From positions 61,453 to 125,452 of the forward strand of contig CAVQSP010000020.1 of NCBI GenBank assembly GCA_963715985.1: 64,000 nt of DNA. Direction: 5' to 3'. Below are positions 1-7,972 of the stretch, piece after piece. The position numbers were made by a program, and so were the translations under genes. The DNA is from an uncultured Thermoleophilia bacterium (GTDB lineage: Bacteria; Actinomycetota; Thermoleophilia; UBA2241). Each line of letters opens with the position of its first letter. Position 1 is the first letter of the stretch. Under the pieces are notes generated by a model that was not told the DNA's origin, made no database searches, and saw only the letters and a program-made list of their open reading frames with translations.

Positions 1-884
1 GCGCCGCTGCGTCTGGCGCCCTCCACGACGACAACGGCCTGCGAGAGCGCCGCCATGACACGGTTGCGTGCCGGGAACCGCCACGCCCGTGCCGGCACGC
101 CCCAACCGAACTCGGAGACGACGAGGCCATGGCGGAGCACCTCGCGGTGGAGCGCGGCGTTGCACGACGGGTAGGCCACGTCCGCGCCGCAGCCCATGAC
201 CGCGACGGTGGCGGGCCCTCCCGGCGGGCCGCCCGCGCGAAGGGCGGCGGCCTGCGCGGTGGCGTCGACGCCCATGGCGAGACCGCTGACGACCACGACG
301 CCCTTCAGGGCCAGGTCCCGCCCGAGCATCGTCGCCATCTCGGCACCGTAGGGCGACGGCGCGCGCGTGCCCACGACCGCCACGGCAGGGACCTCGCCCA
401 GCACGCCGAGCCGCCGGTACAGCTCGGCGTCGTCCGCGGTCGCGGCCGCGAACAGGCACAGCGGCGGGTCGGCGAGGTGGCGCAACGACGCTGGGTACGG
501 CGCGTCGCACCACGTGACGAGCACGCGGCCCGGTCGCGCGTGCCCTGCCGCACAGGCTTGAGGGGCAGCCTCACGCACGGCGTCGTAGCGGCGCCGCTCG
601 GAGGTGTGGTCCTGGGCCGCGGGGCCGCCGCTGCCTGCCCTCCCTGCCACCGCAGGCCCGGCCGCTGCCGGCCGTGGGGGCGGCATCTTCAGGAAGGCCC
701 TCAGCTCGGAGACCGGGCGGCCCAGCACGTCGTCCACTTCGCCGTACTCGCGCACCAGAAGCCCGACCAGTCCACCGCGCCACCAGGCCAGGGTGCCGAG
801 CCACACGCAGACCTCCCGCCGCGACGGAACCGCAGCGAGACGACCGGCCGAGCGCCGGGGCTGAGTGCCCTGGTCAGCCTCCAC
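1..884 (-). CDS. dprA: DNA-processing protein DprA/Smf; C-terminus runs off the left edge
   Basis: Absent from the ORF track because it is open at the window edge. My reverse translation gives VVVVSGLAMGVDATAQAAAL (about 240-300) and GLVVSEFGWGVPARAWRFPARNRVMAALSQAVVVVEGARRSGA (about 1-128), which are DprA hallmarks (SGxAxGID, FPxRNR). GTG at 884 overlaps the comM stop. Fits yraN-comM-dprA synteny. Confidence 0.8.
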   Translation of the reverse strand, partial: MEADQGTQPRRSAGRLAAVPSRREVCVWLGTLAWWRGGLVGLLVREYGEVDDVLGRPVSELRAFLKMPPPRPAAAGPAVAGRAGSGGPAAQDHTSERRRYDAVREAAPQACAAGHARPGRVLVTWCDAPYPASLRHLADPPLCLFAAATADDAELYRRLGVLGEVPAVAVVGTRAPSPYGAEMATMLGRDLALKGVVVVSGLAMGVDATAQAAALRAGGPPGGPATVAVMGCGADVAYPSCNAALHREVLRHGLVVSEFGWGVPARAWRFPARNRVMAALSQAVVVVEGARRSG

Positions 885-2409
885 TCGCGTCCGTCGCCCT
901 GTACGAGAGGCTCTCGCAGATGTGGTCGCTCGTGATGACCGGACTCGCCTCCAGGTCGGCGATCGTCTGCGCCACCTTGACCACGCGGTCGCAGGCCCTG
1001 GCGCTGAGGCGCAACCGTTCGTAGGCCCGGTCCAGCGAGAGGACGGCGCCGGGCTCCAGATCGCACCTGCGGCGGAGGTGGCGCGAGCTCATGTGCGCGT
1101 TGGCGTAGACGCCGGTGCCGGCCAGGCGCTGGAGCTGCCGGGCGCGCGCTTGCACCACTCGTTCGCGCACGGCAGCCGAGCCCTCCACCGGGTCGCCGCA
1201 GCGACGGTCACGGGGCGGCACTCTCGGCACCGCGACCCGCAGGTCGATGCGATCCAGGAGCGGGCCGCTGAGGCGTGAGGCGTACTGCCGCATCCGGTGC
1301 GCGGGGCATGTGCACTCGCGCTCGCGATCGCCGCGGTAGCCGCACGGGCACGGGTTCATCGCCGCCACCAGCATGAGCCGCGCCGGATACGTGACCGAGA
1401 CAAGCCGCCGGCTGATCGTGACCTCCCCATCCTCCAGCGGCTGGCGCAGGCCTTCGAGCGCCGAGAGCCTGAACTCCGGGAACTCGTCGAGAAACAGGAC
1501 CCCGAGATGCGCGAGGCTGACCTCGCCGGGGCGCGGCGTGCCTCCGCCGCCGACCAGCCCGGGCGAGGAGATCGTGTGGTGCGGCGCCCGGAAGGGCCGT
1601 GCGGTGATAAGCGGCCGGTCCGGCGGCAGCAGACCGGCCACGCTGTAGATGCGGGTGACGGCCACCGCCTCGTCGCGGGTGAGCGGAGGCATGATCGTGG
1701 GCAGACGGCGGGCCAGCATGGTCTTGCCCGCCCCGGGCGGCCCCGTGAGCAAGACGTTGTGCGCCCCGGCCACGGCCACCTCGAGGGCACGCTTGACGTG
1801 CGCCTGACCGATGATGTCGGCGAAGTCGGCGCCGCCGGGAGGTGCCGCACCGAGCAGAGCAGAAGGATCGGCCGGCGGCGCCGGCGTGCCCCCGCCGGAG
1901 GCGAGCTGGGCTACGGCCTCCGCCAGTGTGTGCGCCGGGTACACCTCGAGGCCCGGCACGAGTGCCGCCTCGGCCGCGTTGGCCGCCGGGAGCAACAACC
2001 CGCGCACGCCGCGGCTGCGCAGGCTCTCGGCGATGGCGAGGGCGCCCGCCACGGGCCTCAGCGTGCCGTCCAGGCCCAGCTCGCCGACGGCGGCGATCGG
2101 GCCGCGGCCGTCACAGCCGTCCGCCGCTTGACCGGTGGCCACCAGGAACGCGAGGGCGATCGGCAGGTCGAACGACGGGCCTTCCTTGCGCAAGTCGGCG
2201 GGCGCAAGGTTGACGGTGAGGCGCCGCGACGGGAACTCGAAGGACGAGTTCACGATGGCGGCGCGCACGCGCTCGCGGCTCTCCTGGACGGCGGCGTCCG
2301 GCAGCCCGACGATGCTGAAGGCCGGCGCCGCCGCCACGACGTCCGCCTCCACCTGCACAGGGTGACCCTCCAGCCCGCAGAGGGCCTCGCTGGCGACGCT
2401 GGCGAGCAC
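874..2409 (-). CDS. comM: Mg-chelatase-like ATPase ComM/YifB
   Basis: Track ORF 874..2475. N-terminal Lon-like domain (IVGLPDAAVQESRERVRAAI, NLAPADLRKEGPSFDLPIA), Walker A GPPGAGKT and a C-terminal Zn-ribbon-like CPCGY..CTC. I chose the GTG at 2409 (VLASVAS) just after the yraN stop; the start is uncertain. Confidence 0.88.
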   Translation of the reverse strand: MLASVASEALCGLEGHPVQVEADVVAAAPAFSIVGLPDAAVQESRERVRAAIVNSSFEFPSRRLTVNLAPADLRKEGPSFDLPIALAFLVATGQAADGCDGRGPIAAVGELGLDGTLRPVAGALAIAESLRSRGVRGLLLPAANAAEAALVPGLEVYPAHTLAEAVAQLASGGGTPAPPADPSALLGAAPPGGADFADIIGQAHVKRALEVAVAGAHNVLLTGPPGAGKTMLARRLPTIMPPLTRDEAVAVTRIYSVAGLLPPDRPLITARPFRAPHHTISSPGLVGGGGTPRPGEVSLAHLGVLFLDEFPEFRLSALEGLRQPLEDGEVTISRRLVSVTYPARLMLVAAMNPCPCGYRGDRERECTCPAHRMRQYASRLSGPLLDRIDLRVAVPRVPPRDRRCGDPVEGSAAVRERVVQARARQLQRLAGTGVYANAHMSSRHLRRRCDLEPGAVLSLDRAYERLRLSARACDRVVKVAQTIADLEASPVITSDHICESLSYRATDASGG

Positions 2410-2413
2410 CTCC

Positions 2414-2788
2414 TCACCCGTTCCCCGAGAAGGCGCCGGGCAGGTGGCGCACGGTGGCCGGTACGGTCGTGGCATCGACGGCCACGATGTCGAAACGCAC
2501 GTCCGCGACGCGTTCCAGCGCCCACGGCCGGGCCGCCAGCCACAACTCGGCGAGACGCGCCACCTGGCGGCGCTTGCGCGGGCTCACGGCGTCCTCCGGA
2601 GAGCCGAACGTGTCGCTGCGGCGCGCCTTGACCTCGACGAAGGCGAGCACGTCGCCGCGGCGGGCGATGATGTCGAGCTCGCCGCGGCCGACGCGCACGT
2701 TGCGCCCGAGGACGCGCCAGCCACGGCGCTGGAGGTGCCGGGCCGCGACCTCTTCGGCCGCGCGGCCGAACTGTTGACGGGCGTTCAT
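2414..2788 (-). CDS. yraN: UPF0102 / YraN-family endonuclease-like protein
   Basis: The last 124 aa of track ORF 2414..3478 (MNARQQFGRAAEEVAARHLQRRGWRVLGRNVRVGRGELDIIARRGDVLAFVEVKARR...) have typical YraN length and motifs. The long N-terminal extension in the track overlaps rnhB out of frame. Confidence 0.85.
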   Translation of the reverse strand: MNARQQFGRAAEEVAARHLQRRGWRVLGRNVRVGRGELDIIARRGDVLAFVEVKARRSDTFGSPEDAVSPRKRRQVARLAELWLAARPWALERVADVRFDIVAVDATTVPATVRHLPGAFSGNG

Positions 2789-2931
2789 GGCGCCAGCGTA
2801 GCGGCCGGCGAGGCTGCCTCGAAGGGTGCCGATCGGCGACCTGCGGTGACAGTGGCGAGTGTCCACCGCCGGGGTGACCTGCGCTGCGCCGGCGCCGGCC
2901 AGGCATCGAGGCGCGGGGCGCCCCTCAGCGC

Positions 2932-3588
2932 TCAGGGCGCCGCGTCGTCCTCGTCGGCAGGGAGCTCGAGCTGGCGATACGCCACCGAAGCGAACGACAG
3001 CCGGTGCAGCTCGCAGGTGCCGTACGTCTCGATGGCCTCCCGGTGCGCCGCCGTGGCGTAGCCGACGTGGCGGTCGAAGCCATAGGCCGGATAGCGCTCG
3101 TGGAGGCGGTGCATCACCCGGTCGCGAGTGACCTTGGCCACGACCGAGGCGGCGGCGATGGCGGCCGAGCGGCCGTCGCCGCCGATGATGGCCTGATGGT
3201 CCTCCTCGTAGTCCGGAAGGCGGAAGCCGTCCACCAGCGATACAGCGGGCCTTGGCTGCACGCTCCGCAACACTGCGGCCAGTCCCTCCAGGTTGCAGCG
3301 ATGCAGGCCGCGACCATCGATGCGGGCCGGACACCAGCTGACCACCGCCACGTGACGCGCGCGCCTCACGACTTCGTCGTAGAGTGCCGCGCGCCGCTCG
3401 GCCGTCAGCTTCTTGGAGTCGTTGAGCGCGTCGAGCGCCGCGAAGTCTGCGTCGTCCAGGCGGGAGTAGTCGAAGCACACCGCGGCGGCCACCAGCGGGC
3501 CGGCCAGGCAGCCGCGGCCCGCCTCATCCGCCCCTGCCACCAGGGCGCGACCGGCGAGGTCGAGGTCGAAGGCGAACCGCTCGTTCAC
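2932..3588 (-). CDS. rnhB: Ribonuclease HII
   Basis: 218 aa with GADEAGRGCLAGPLVAAAV and DSKKLT motifs. GTG start at 3588. Confidence 0.9.
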   Translation of the reverse strand: MNERFAFDLDLAGRALVAGADEAGRGCLAGPLVAAAVCFDYSRLDDADFAALDALNDSKKLTAERRAALYDEVVRRARHVAVVSWCPARIDGRGLHRCNLEGLAAVLRSVQPRPAVSLVDGFRLPDYEEDHQAIIGGDGRSAAIAAASVVAKVTRDRVMHRLHERYPAYGFDRHVGYATAAHREAIETYGTCELHRLSFASVAYRQLELPADEDDAAP

Positions 3589-3604
3589 GCCTCGCCGCCG
3601 CCTC

Positions 3605-3762
3605 GTCCGTCTCGCGCTGGGCCCTTGCGGGCCGCGAGTCGCTCAATAGCACTACGCATGCTGCGCAGGCTACGGGCATTAGTCCGTCTCGCGCTGGGCC
3701 CTTGCGGGCCGCGAGTCGCTCAATAGCGCTGCGCACGGCATGCTGCGCAGGCTTACGGGCAT
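3605..3762. repeat. Tandem 2 x ~77-bp intergenic hairpin repeat (family copy R1)
   Basis: Direct repeat units begin at 3605 and 3682 (gtccgtctcgcgctgggcccttgcgggccgcgagtcgctcaatagc...atgctgcgcaggct(t)acgggcat). It fills the gap between the lepB stop (3763) and the rnhB start (3588). Each unit holds a GC hairpin ctcgc..ggccc-ttgc-gggcc-gcgag. Confidence 0.8.
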
Positions 3763-4368
3763 CTAGTTCGCGCCGCCGATGCGGCCGGGCGGCCAGTAGC
3801 GCGCGAAGGCCCGGCCCACGAACTGGCCGCGCTTGACGGGTCCGAACTCGCGGCTGTCGCCGCTGTCCGTGCGGTTGTCGCCCATCACGAAGTAGCTGTC
3901 CGCGGGCACCTGGAAGGGCACCTGCAGTGCCCAGGGCAGACCGTTGCTGAAGGGCTGAGTGGGCTCCGCCACTCCGTCGAAGCGGCGCACGTAGGGCTCA
4001 TCCAGGGGCTTGCCGTCGATGTACACGGCGCCATCGCTGAGCGAGACGGTCTCGCCGGGCAGACCGATCACGCGCTTGATGAGCACCGGCCCATCAAAGG
4101 GCGGGTGGAACACGACGATGTCACCGCGTGCGGGGTCGGAGAACCTCCAGGAGATGCGGTCGACCAGCACGCGGTCGCCGATCAGCAACGTGTCCTCCAT
4201 GGAGGCTGAGGGGATGCGGTAGGGCTTGACGAGGAACTGCTGGATGAGAAGCGCCACCGCGATGGCGACCACCGCGAGGACGAGGTACTCGATCAAGGTG
4301 CGGCGCGTGGACGACCTTCTGGCTTTGCCTTTGCCGCCCGCTGTGCCGCTCTTGTCTGCTCCGCCCAT
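3763..4368 (-). CDS. lepB: Signal peptidase I (paralog 1 of 3)
   Basis: 201 aa. TM anchor, catalytic Ser box IPSASMEDTL, Lys box LIKRVIGLPGE, GDNRTDSGDSR. Confidence 0.9.
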   Translation of the reverse strand: MGGADKSGTAGGKGKARRSSTRRTLIEYLVLAVVAIAVALLIQQFLVKPYRIPSASMEDTLLIGDRVLVDRISWRFSDPARGDIVVFHPPFDGPVLIKRVIGLPGETVSLSDGAVYIDGKPLDEPYVRRFDGVAEPTQPFSNGLPWALQVPFQVPADSYFVMGDNRTDSGDSREFGPVKRGQFVGRAFARYWPPGRIGGAN

Positions 4369-4398
4369 GCTCTCCTTCGCCGGTCTCGCGGCAGTGTA

Positions 4399-4950
4399 TC
4401 AGAGGCCGTGGAGGCGAGAGAGCGGCCAGTACGTCAGGAAGGCCTCGCCGATGATCTCGCGCCGGGGAGCCGGACCCCAGTCGCGGCTGTCGTCGCTCAC
4501 GGTGCGGTTGTCACCCATCATGAAGTAGTAGCCCGCGGGCACCTTGTAGGGCCGTTCGAGCGACCACGGCTGCCCGCTGCCGCGGAAGGGCTCCGTGGGC
4601 TCCGCATACCCATCCTCCCGGCGCACGTAAGGTTCGCGGAGACGCTTGCCGTCGATGTACACGTGGCCGCCATCCAGCGAGATGGTGTCGCCGGGCAGGC
4701 CGATGACGCGCTTGATGAGCACTCTGCCCACGGCCGCCGAGTCGAGCACCACGATGTCGCCGCGGCCGGGCTCGTGCAGCTTGTAGACCACGCGGTTCAC
4801 GAGCACGCGGTCCCGGGGCACCAAGGTCGCGGCCATGGACTCAGAGGGGATGCGGTACGGCTTCACGACGAAGGCCTGCAGCAGCAAGGCGATCACGACG
4901 GCGCACAGTGCGACCAGCACATACTCGACGACGGTGCGCGGCCTCATCAC
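4399..4950 (-). CDS. lepB: Signal peptidase I (paralog 2 of 3)
   Basis: 183 aa. IPSESMAATL, LIKRVIGLPGD, GDNRTVSDDSR. Confidence 0.9.
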   Translation of the reverse strand: MMRPRTVVEYVLVALCAVVIALLLQAFVVKPYRIPSESMAATLVPRDRVLVNRVVYKLHEPGRGDIVVLDSAAVGRVLIKRVIGLPGDTISLDGGHVYIDGKRLREPYVRREDGYAEPTEPFRGSGQPWSLERPYKVPAGYYFMMGDNRTVSDDSRDWGPAPRREIIGEAFLTYWPLSRLHGL

Positions 4951-4960
4951 GGCACACCCC

Positions 4961-5527
4961 TCACAGTCCCGACCAGTGGTCCGGGGGCCAGTAGAGGAAG
5001 AAGCCCTCGCCGACGACGGCGTCGCGCGGCACCACGCCCCAGTCGCGGCTGTCGTCGCTGTCGGTGCGGTTGTCGCCCATCACGAAGAAGCTCCCGACCG
5101 GGACCGTATAGGGCTGCGACAGGGACCAAGGGTCCTGCATGGTGCTGCCGTAGAGCGGGTGCTGAGCCAGCGTGGGATCGACGCTCCCGCCGGTGCGATG
5201 GACATACGGCTCCTTCACTGGGTGGCCGTTGAGCAGGAGCCGCCCGTCCTTGACCTGCAGCGTGTCGCCGGGCACCCCCACGACGCGCTTGATGAACACC
5301 ACCGAGCGGTCCCGCGGGTACTGGAACACCATGACGTCTCCGCGCTGCGGATCACGCAGGCGGTAGACCACCTTGTTGACGAGCACGCGGTCACCGGGGC
5401 GCAGGGTGCTCGCCATCGACTCCGAGGGGATGCGGTACGGCTTCACGACGAAGGCCTGTACCGCGAACGCCAAGGCGATCGCGACGACGGCCATGAGGCC
5501 GAAGTCGAGGAGCTTGCCGCGCCTCAT
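4961..5527 (-). CDS. lepB: Signal peptidase I (paralog 3 of 3)
   Basis: 188 aa. IPSESMASTL, FIKRVVGVPGD, GDNRTDSDDSR. Confidence 0.9.
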   Translation of the reverse strand: MRRGKLLDFGLMAVVAIALAFAVQAFVVKPYRIPSESMASTLRPGDRVLVNKVVYRLRDPQRGDVMVFQYPRDRSVVFIKRVVGVPGDTLQVKDGRLLLNGHPVKEPYVHRTGGSVDPTLAQHPLYGSTMQDPWSLSQPYTVPVGSFFVMGDNRTDSDDSRDWGVVPRDAVVGEGFFLYWPPDHWSGL

Positions 5528-5558
5528 GAAGCCGCAGCGAAGGCGACCGGCGTGGTGC

Positions 5559-5903
5559 CTAGCGCTGCTTCTCGCGGATGCGCGCCTGCTTGCCGACCTT
5601 CTGGCGCAGGTAGTAGAGCTTGGCGCGGCGCACGTCGCCGATCTGCGTGACCTCGATCTTGTCGATCTTCGGCGAGTGCACGGGGAACGTGCGCTCGACG
5701 CCCACGCCGAAGGACTGCTTGCGGACGGTGAAGGTCTCGCGTACGCCCTGGCCCTGGCGCTTGATGACGGTGCCCTGGAAGACCTGGATGCGGTGACGCG
5801 TGCCCTCCACGACCTTGAAGTGCACCTTCACGTTGTCGCCGGCCTTGAACTGCGGCACGTCCTCGCGCAGCTGCTGGCGCTCGATGTTGTCGATGATGTT
5901 CAC
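5559..5903 (-). CDS. rplS: 50S ribosomal protein L19
   Basis: [34 protein letters not shown]...[15 protein letters not shown] at 5903 is preceded by GGGAAAGAGGA. The track ORF has a 20-aa spurious N-terminal extension. Confidence 0.92.
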   Translation of the reverse strand: MNIIDNIERQQLREDVPQFKAGDNVKVHFKVVEGTRHRIQVFQGTVIKRQGQGVRETFTVRKQSFGVGVERTFPVHSPKIDKIEVTQIGDVRRAKLYYLRQKVGKQARIREKQR

Positions 5904-5998
5904 GGATCCTCTTTCCCAGCGAAAACCGGCGGACAGTCTAGCAGGAGCCGCGTGACGGCGCAAAACGCCGGCCGCCGCGCAGGCCGCAAGGGGGTATC

Positions 5999-6659
5999 TT
6001 AGCGCTTTTCGACCTGCTGTGCGCGCCAGCGCGCGATCTCGGCGTGATTGCCGCTGAGGAGCACATCGGGCACGGCCCAGCCGCGGAAGTCGGCCGGGCG
6101 CGTGTAGTGCGGGTACTCGGCGCCGCCCTCGAGCTCGGCGGAGTGAGACTCGCTCACCACGCTCTCCGGGTTGCTGACGGCGCCGGGAAGCTTGCGCGTG
6201 ACGGCGTCGAGGACCGCCATGGCGGCGACCTCGCCGCCCGCGAGCACGTACGGACCGATGGAGACGCGGTCGCTCACGATATTGGTGACACGCTCGTCGA
6301 TGCCCTCATAGCGGCCGCAGAGCAGCACGAGGTCGGTCTCGAGCGAGCTCGCCGGCCAGGGCGTCGTCCAGCTGCCGCCCCTTGGGCGTGAGCTCGACGA
6401 CGCGGCGACCGTCCTTGACCCGCTCCGCGTCGCCGGCGAACACCGCCTCCAGGGCGGCACAGACCACGTCGATGCGCAGCACCATGCCCGCGCCGCCGCC
6501 GAACGGGGTGTCGTCCACCTGCAGATGGCTGAGCGGCGTGTGGTCGCGGTAGTTGGCGAGCCGGAACTCGTGCCCCAGCTCCACGGCGTTGCGGATGTGC
6601 ACCTGCGAGAGATACCAGTCGAACGCCTGCGGGAAGAGCGTGAAGACGTCGGCCCTCAC
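5999..6659 (-). CDS. trmD: tRNA (guanine37-N1)-methyltransferase TrmD, reading frame broken near 6341-6345
   Basis: The N-terminal half is in ORF 6306..6659 ([13 protein letters not shown]...[14 protein letters not shown]...[17 protein letters not shown]). The C-terminal half is in ORF 5999..6460 from [19 protein letters not shown]...[10 protein letters not shown]. The downstream frame starts 1 nt later. Confidence 0.85.
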
Positions 6660-7222
6660 GCGCCCCCCTCCGGCTCCTCGACAAGACCGTCCACCACGCG
6701 TGCCACGCCGGCCTCCTCGTCCACCTCCACGAGCTCCTCGACCAGGGGGATCAGGAGCTCGGCGCCGGCCGGCGTCCTGATCTGCAGGATCTCGTGGGCG
6801 GGGTTCTCGAGTACCTCCTCGACCTCGCCCAGCAGGCGGCCGGACGCCGTCTCCACGCGCAGGCCCAGGAGGTCACCGACCAGGTACTGCGGCAGCTCGT
6901 CGAGCTCCCCGCCGGCGGCGAGGAGCTCGCAACCCTGCAGGGCGATGGCCTCCTCGCGGGTGGAGGCGAGGTCGAGACGCACGAGAGGGCGCTGAACAGT
7001 CCCCCCCGCGCGTGTGACCACGCACGGAACGAGCTGCTCGGCGCCCTCAGGCGTCTGTCCGGCCGGGTACGCCAGGAAGAACTCGCTGCCCCTGCTCAGA
7101 TGATCGAAGCCGTCCACTGCGACGTTGAGGTACAGCTCGCCGCGAAGGCCGTGGACCTTGCCCAGCGTGCCGCAGGCCCATAAGCCCGAGCTACTGTGCG
7201 GTGCTACTTCGTCGCCCCGCAC
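6656..7222 (-). CDS. rimM: 16S rRNA processing protein RimM
   Basis: GTLGKVHGLRGELYLNV...PRC-barrel C-terminus, in the position between the KH protein and trmD. The GTG at 7222 was chosen to avoid overlap with the KH gene; the start is uncertain. Confidence 0.8.
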   Translation of the reverse strand: MRGDEVAPHSSSGLWACGTLGKVHGLRGELYLNVAVDGFDHLSRGSEFFLAYPAGQTPEGAEQLVPCVVTRAGGTVQRPLVRLDLASTREEAIALQGCELLAAGGELDELPQYLVGDLLGLRVETASGRLLGEVEEVLENPAHEILQIRTPAGAELLIPLVEELVEVDEEAGVARVVDGLVEEPEGGA

Positions 7223-7241
7223 GTTGACCCGGCTACGCTGG

Positions 7242-7475
7242 TCAATCAACGATCTCCACGATGGCGCGCTTGCCGTCGCGGACGGCCGAAGCCTTGACGA
7301 TGGTGCGGAGCGCACGGGCGATACGCCCCTGCTTGCCGATGACCTTGCCCACGTCGTCCTTGGCTACAGAGAGCTCCAGCACGACGGTGGTGTCGGTCTC
7401 CGTGACCTCCACGTGGACCTCGTCAGGATTGTCCACGAGTGACTTGGCCAGGTGCTCCAGCAGGTCCTTCAACAT
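7242..7475 (-). CDS. KH-domain RNA-binding protein (UPF0109/YlqC family)
   Basis: 77 aa. VAKDDVGKVIGKQGRIARALRTIV (GXXG KH motif). Canonical position between rpsP and rimM. Confidence 0.85.
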   Translation of the reverse strand: MLKDLLEHLAKSLVDNPDEVHVEVTETDTTVVLELSVAKDDVGKVIGKQGRIARALRTIVKASAVRDGKRAIVEIVD

Positions 7476-7517
7476 CCCACTACTCCCTCTGTCTGCGCAA
7501 CAGGACCCTCTGGCTCC

Positions 7518-7763
7518 TTATGCCTCGATGCCTTTGATCTTGAGCAGCTTCTCCACGGTGCGGGAGGGCTGCACCCCCTTGGCGAGCCATGCCTTCGCCT
7601 TGTCGGCGTCGATCTCGATGAGCGACGGCTCCATGCGAGGGTTGTACTGGCCGATGGTCTCGATAGCGCGGCCGTCACGGCGCGCGCGGGAATCCACGAC
7701 GACGATGCGGTAGATGGGGTTCTTGGTGCTCCCCACCCGGGTCAACCTCATACGTACTGCCAC
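7518..7763 (-). CDS. rpsP: 30S ribosomal protein S16
   Basis: MAVRMRLTRVGSTKNPIYRIVVVDSRARRDGRAIETIGQYNP. Confidence 0.95.
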   Translation of the reverse strand: MAVRMRLTRVGSTKNPIYRIVVVDSRARRDGRAIETIGQYNPRMEPSLIEIDADKAKAWLAKGVQPSRTVEKLLKIKGIEA

Positions 7764-7870
7764 TGCTTGTTCACCCCCTCAGGGTCCTGGAACGGCGTGC
7801 TACGGCCACGGCGGGTCGCAGCGGTGAATGACTCTACGCAACCCGTCGCCGGGTCGCAACAATCGGCACT

Positions 7871-7972
7871 GTGCGGTGCCGCTTCGCTGCACCGCACGCT
7901 AGCGATGCTGCGCCGGCTAGAGAGTGGTGCGCCCACGGCGCCCCCCTCGCTAACCCGTCTACGGCGGTTAGT
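7871..7972. repeat. Intergenic modular hairpin repeat (family copy R2)
   Basis: Hairpin gtgcggtgc-N9-gcaccgcac (7871-7897). Then gctagcgatgctgcgccggctag (matches the R1 module atgctgcgcaggcta). Then gagagtggtgcgcccacggcgcccccctcgctaacccgtctacggcggttagtc, which aligns with the 37.2 kb copy. Confidence 0.55.

Noticed and set aside
3524-3736. 70-aa minus-strand ORF (and 17807..18085) reading through the hairpin repeats
   Set aside because: The 'protein' is just the translated repeat (AIERLAARKGP...). The two repeat families differ by compensatory nucleotide changes that scramble the peptide, so selection acts on structure rather than coding.
3605-3762. Tandem repeats at 3.6 kb and 17.8 kb as CRISPR arrays
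   Set aside because: There are only two directly abutting units with no unique spacers. The unit lengths (77 and 59 bp) and internal long hairpins do not fit CRISPR repeats, and no cas genes are in the window.
6330-6355. Programmed +1 ribosomal frameshift in trmD (and dxs, pilM)
   Set aside because: There is no recognisable shift-prone motif of the prfB type (an SD-like element 3 nt upstream of a slippery CUU-UGA). The sites share no common sequence. The same class of lesion hits unrelated genes, which fits random indels better. They are kept as findings only because reads are needed to decide.
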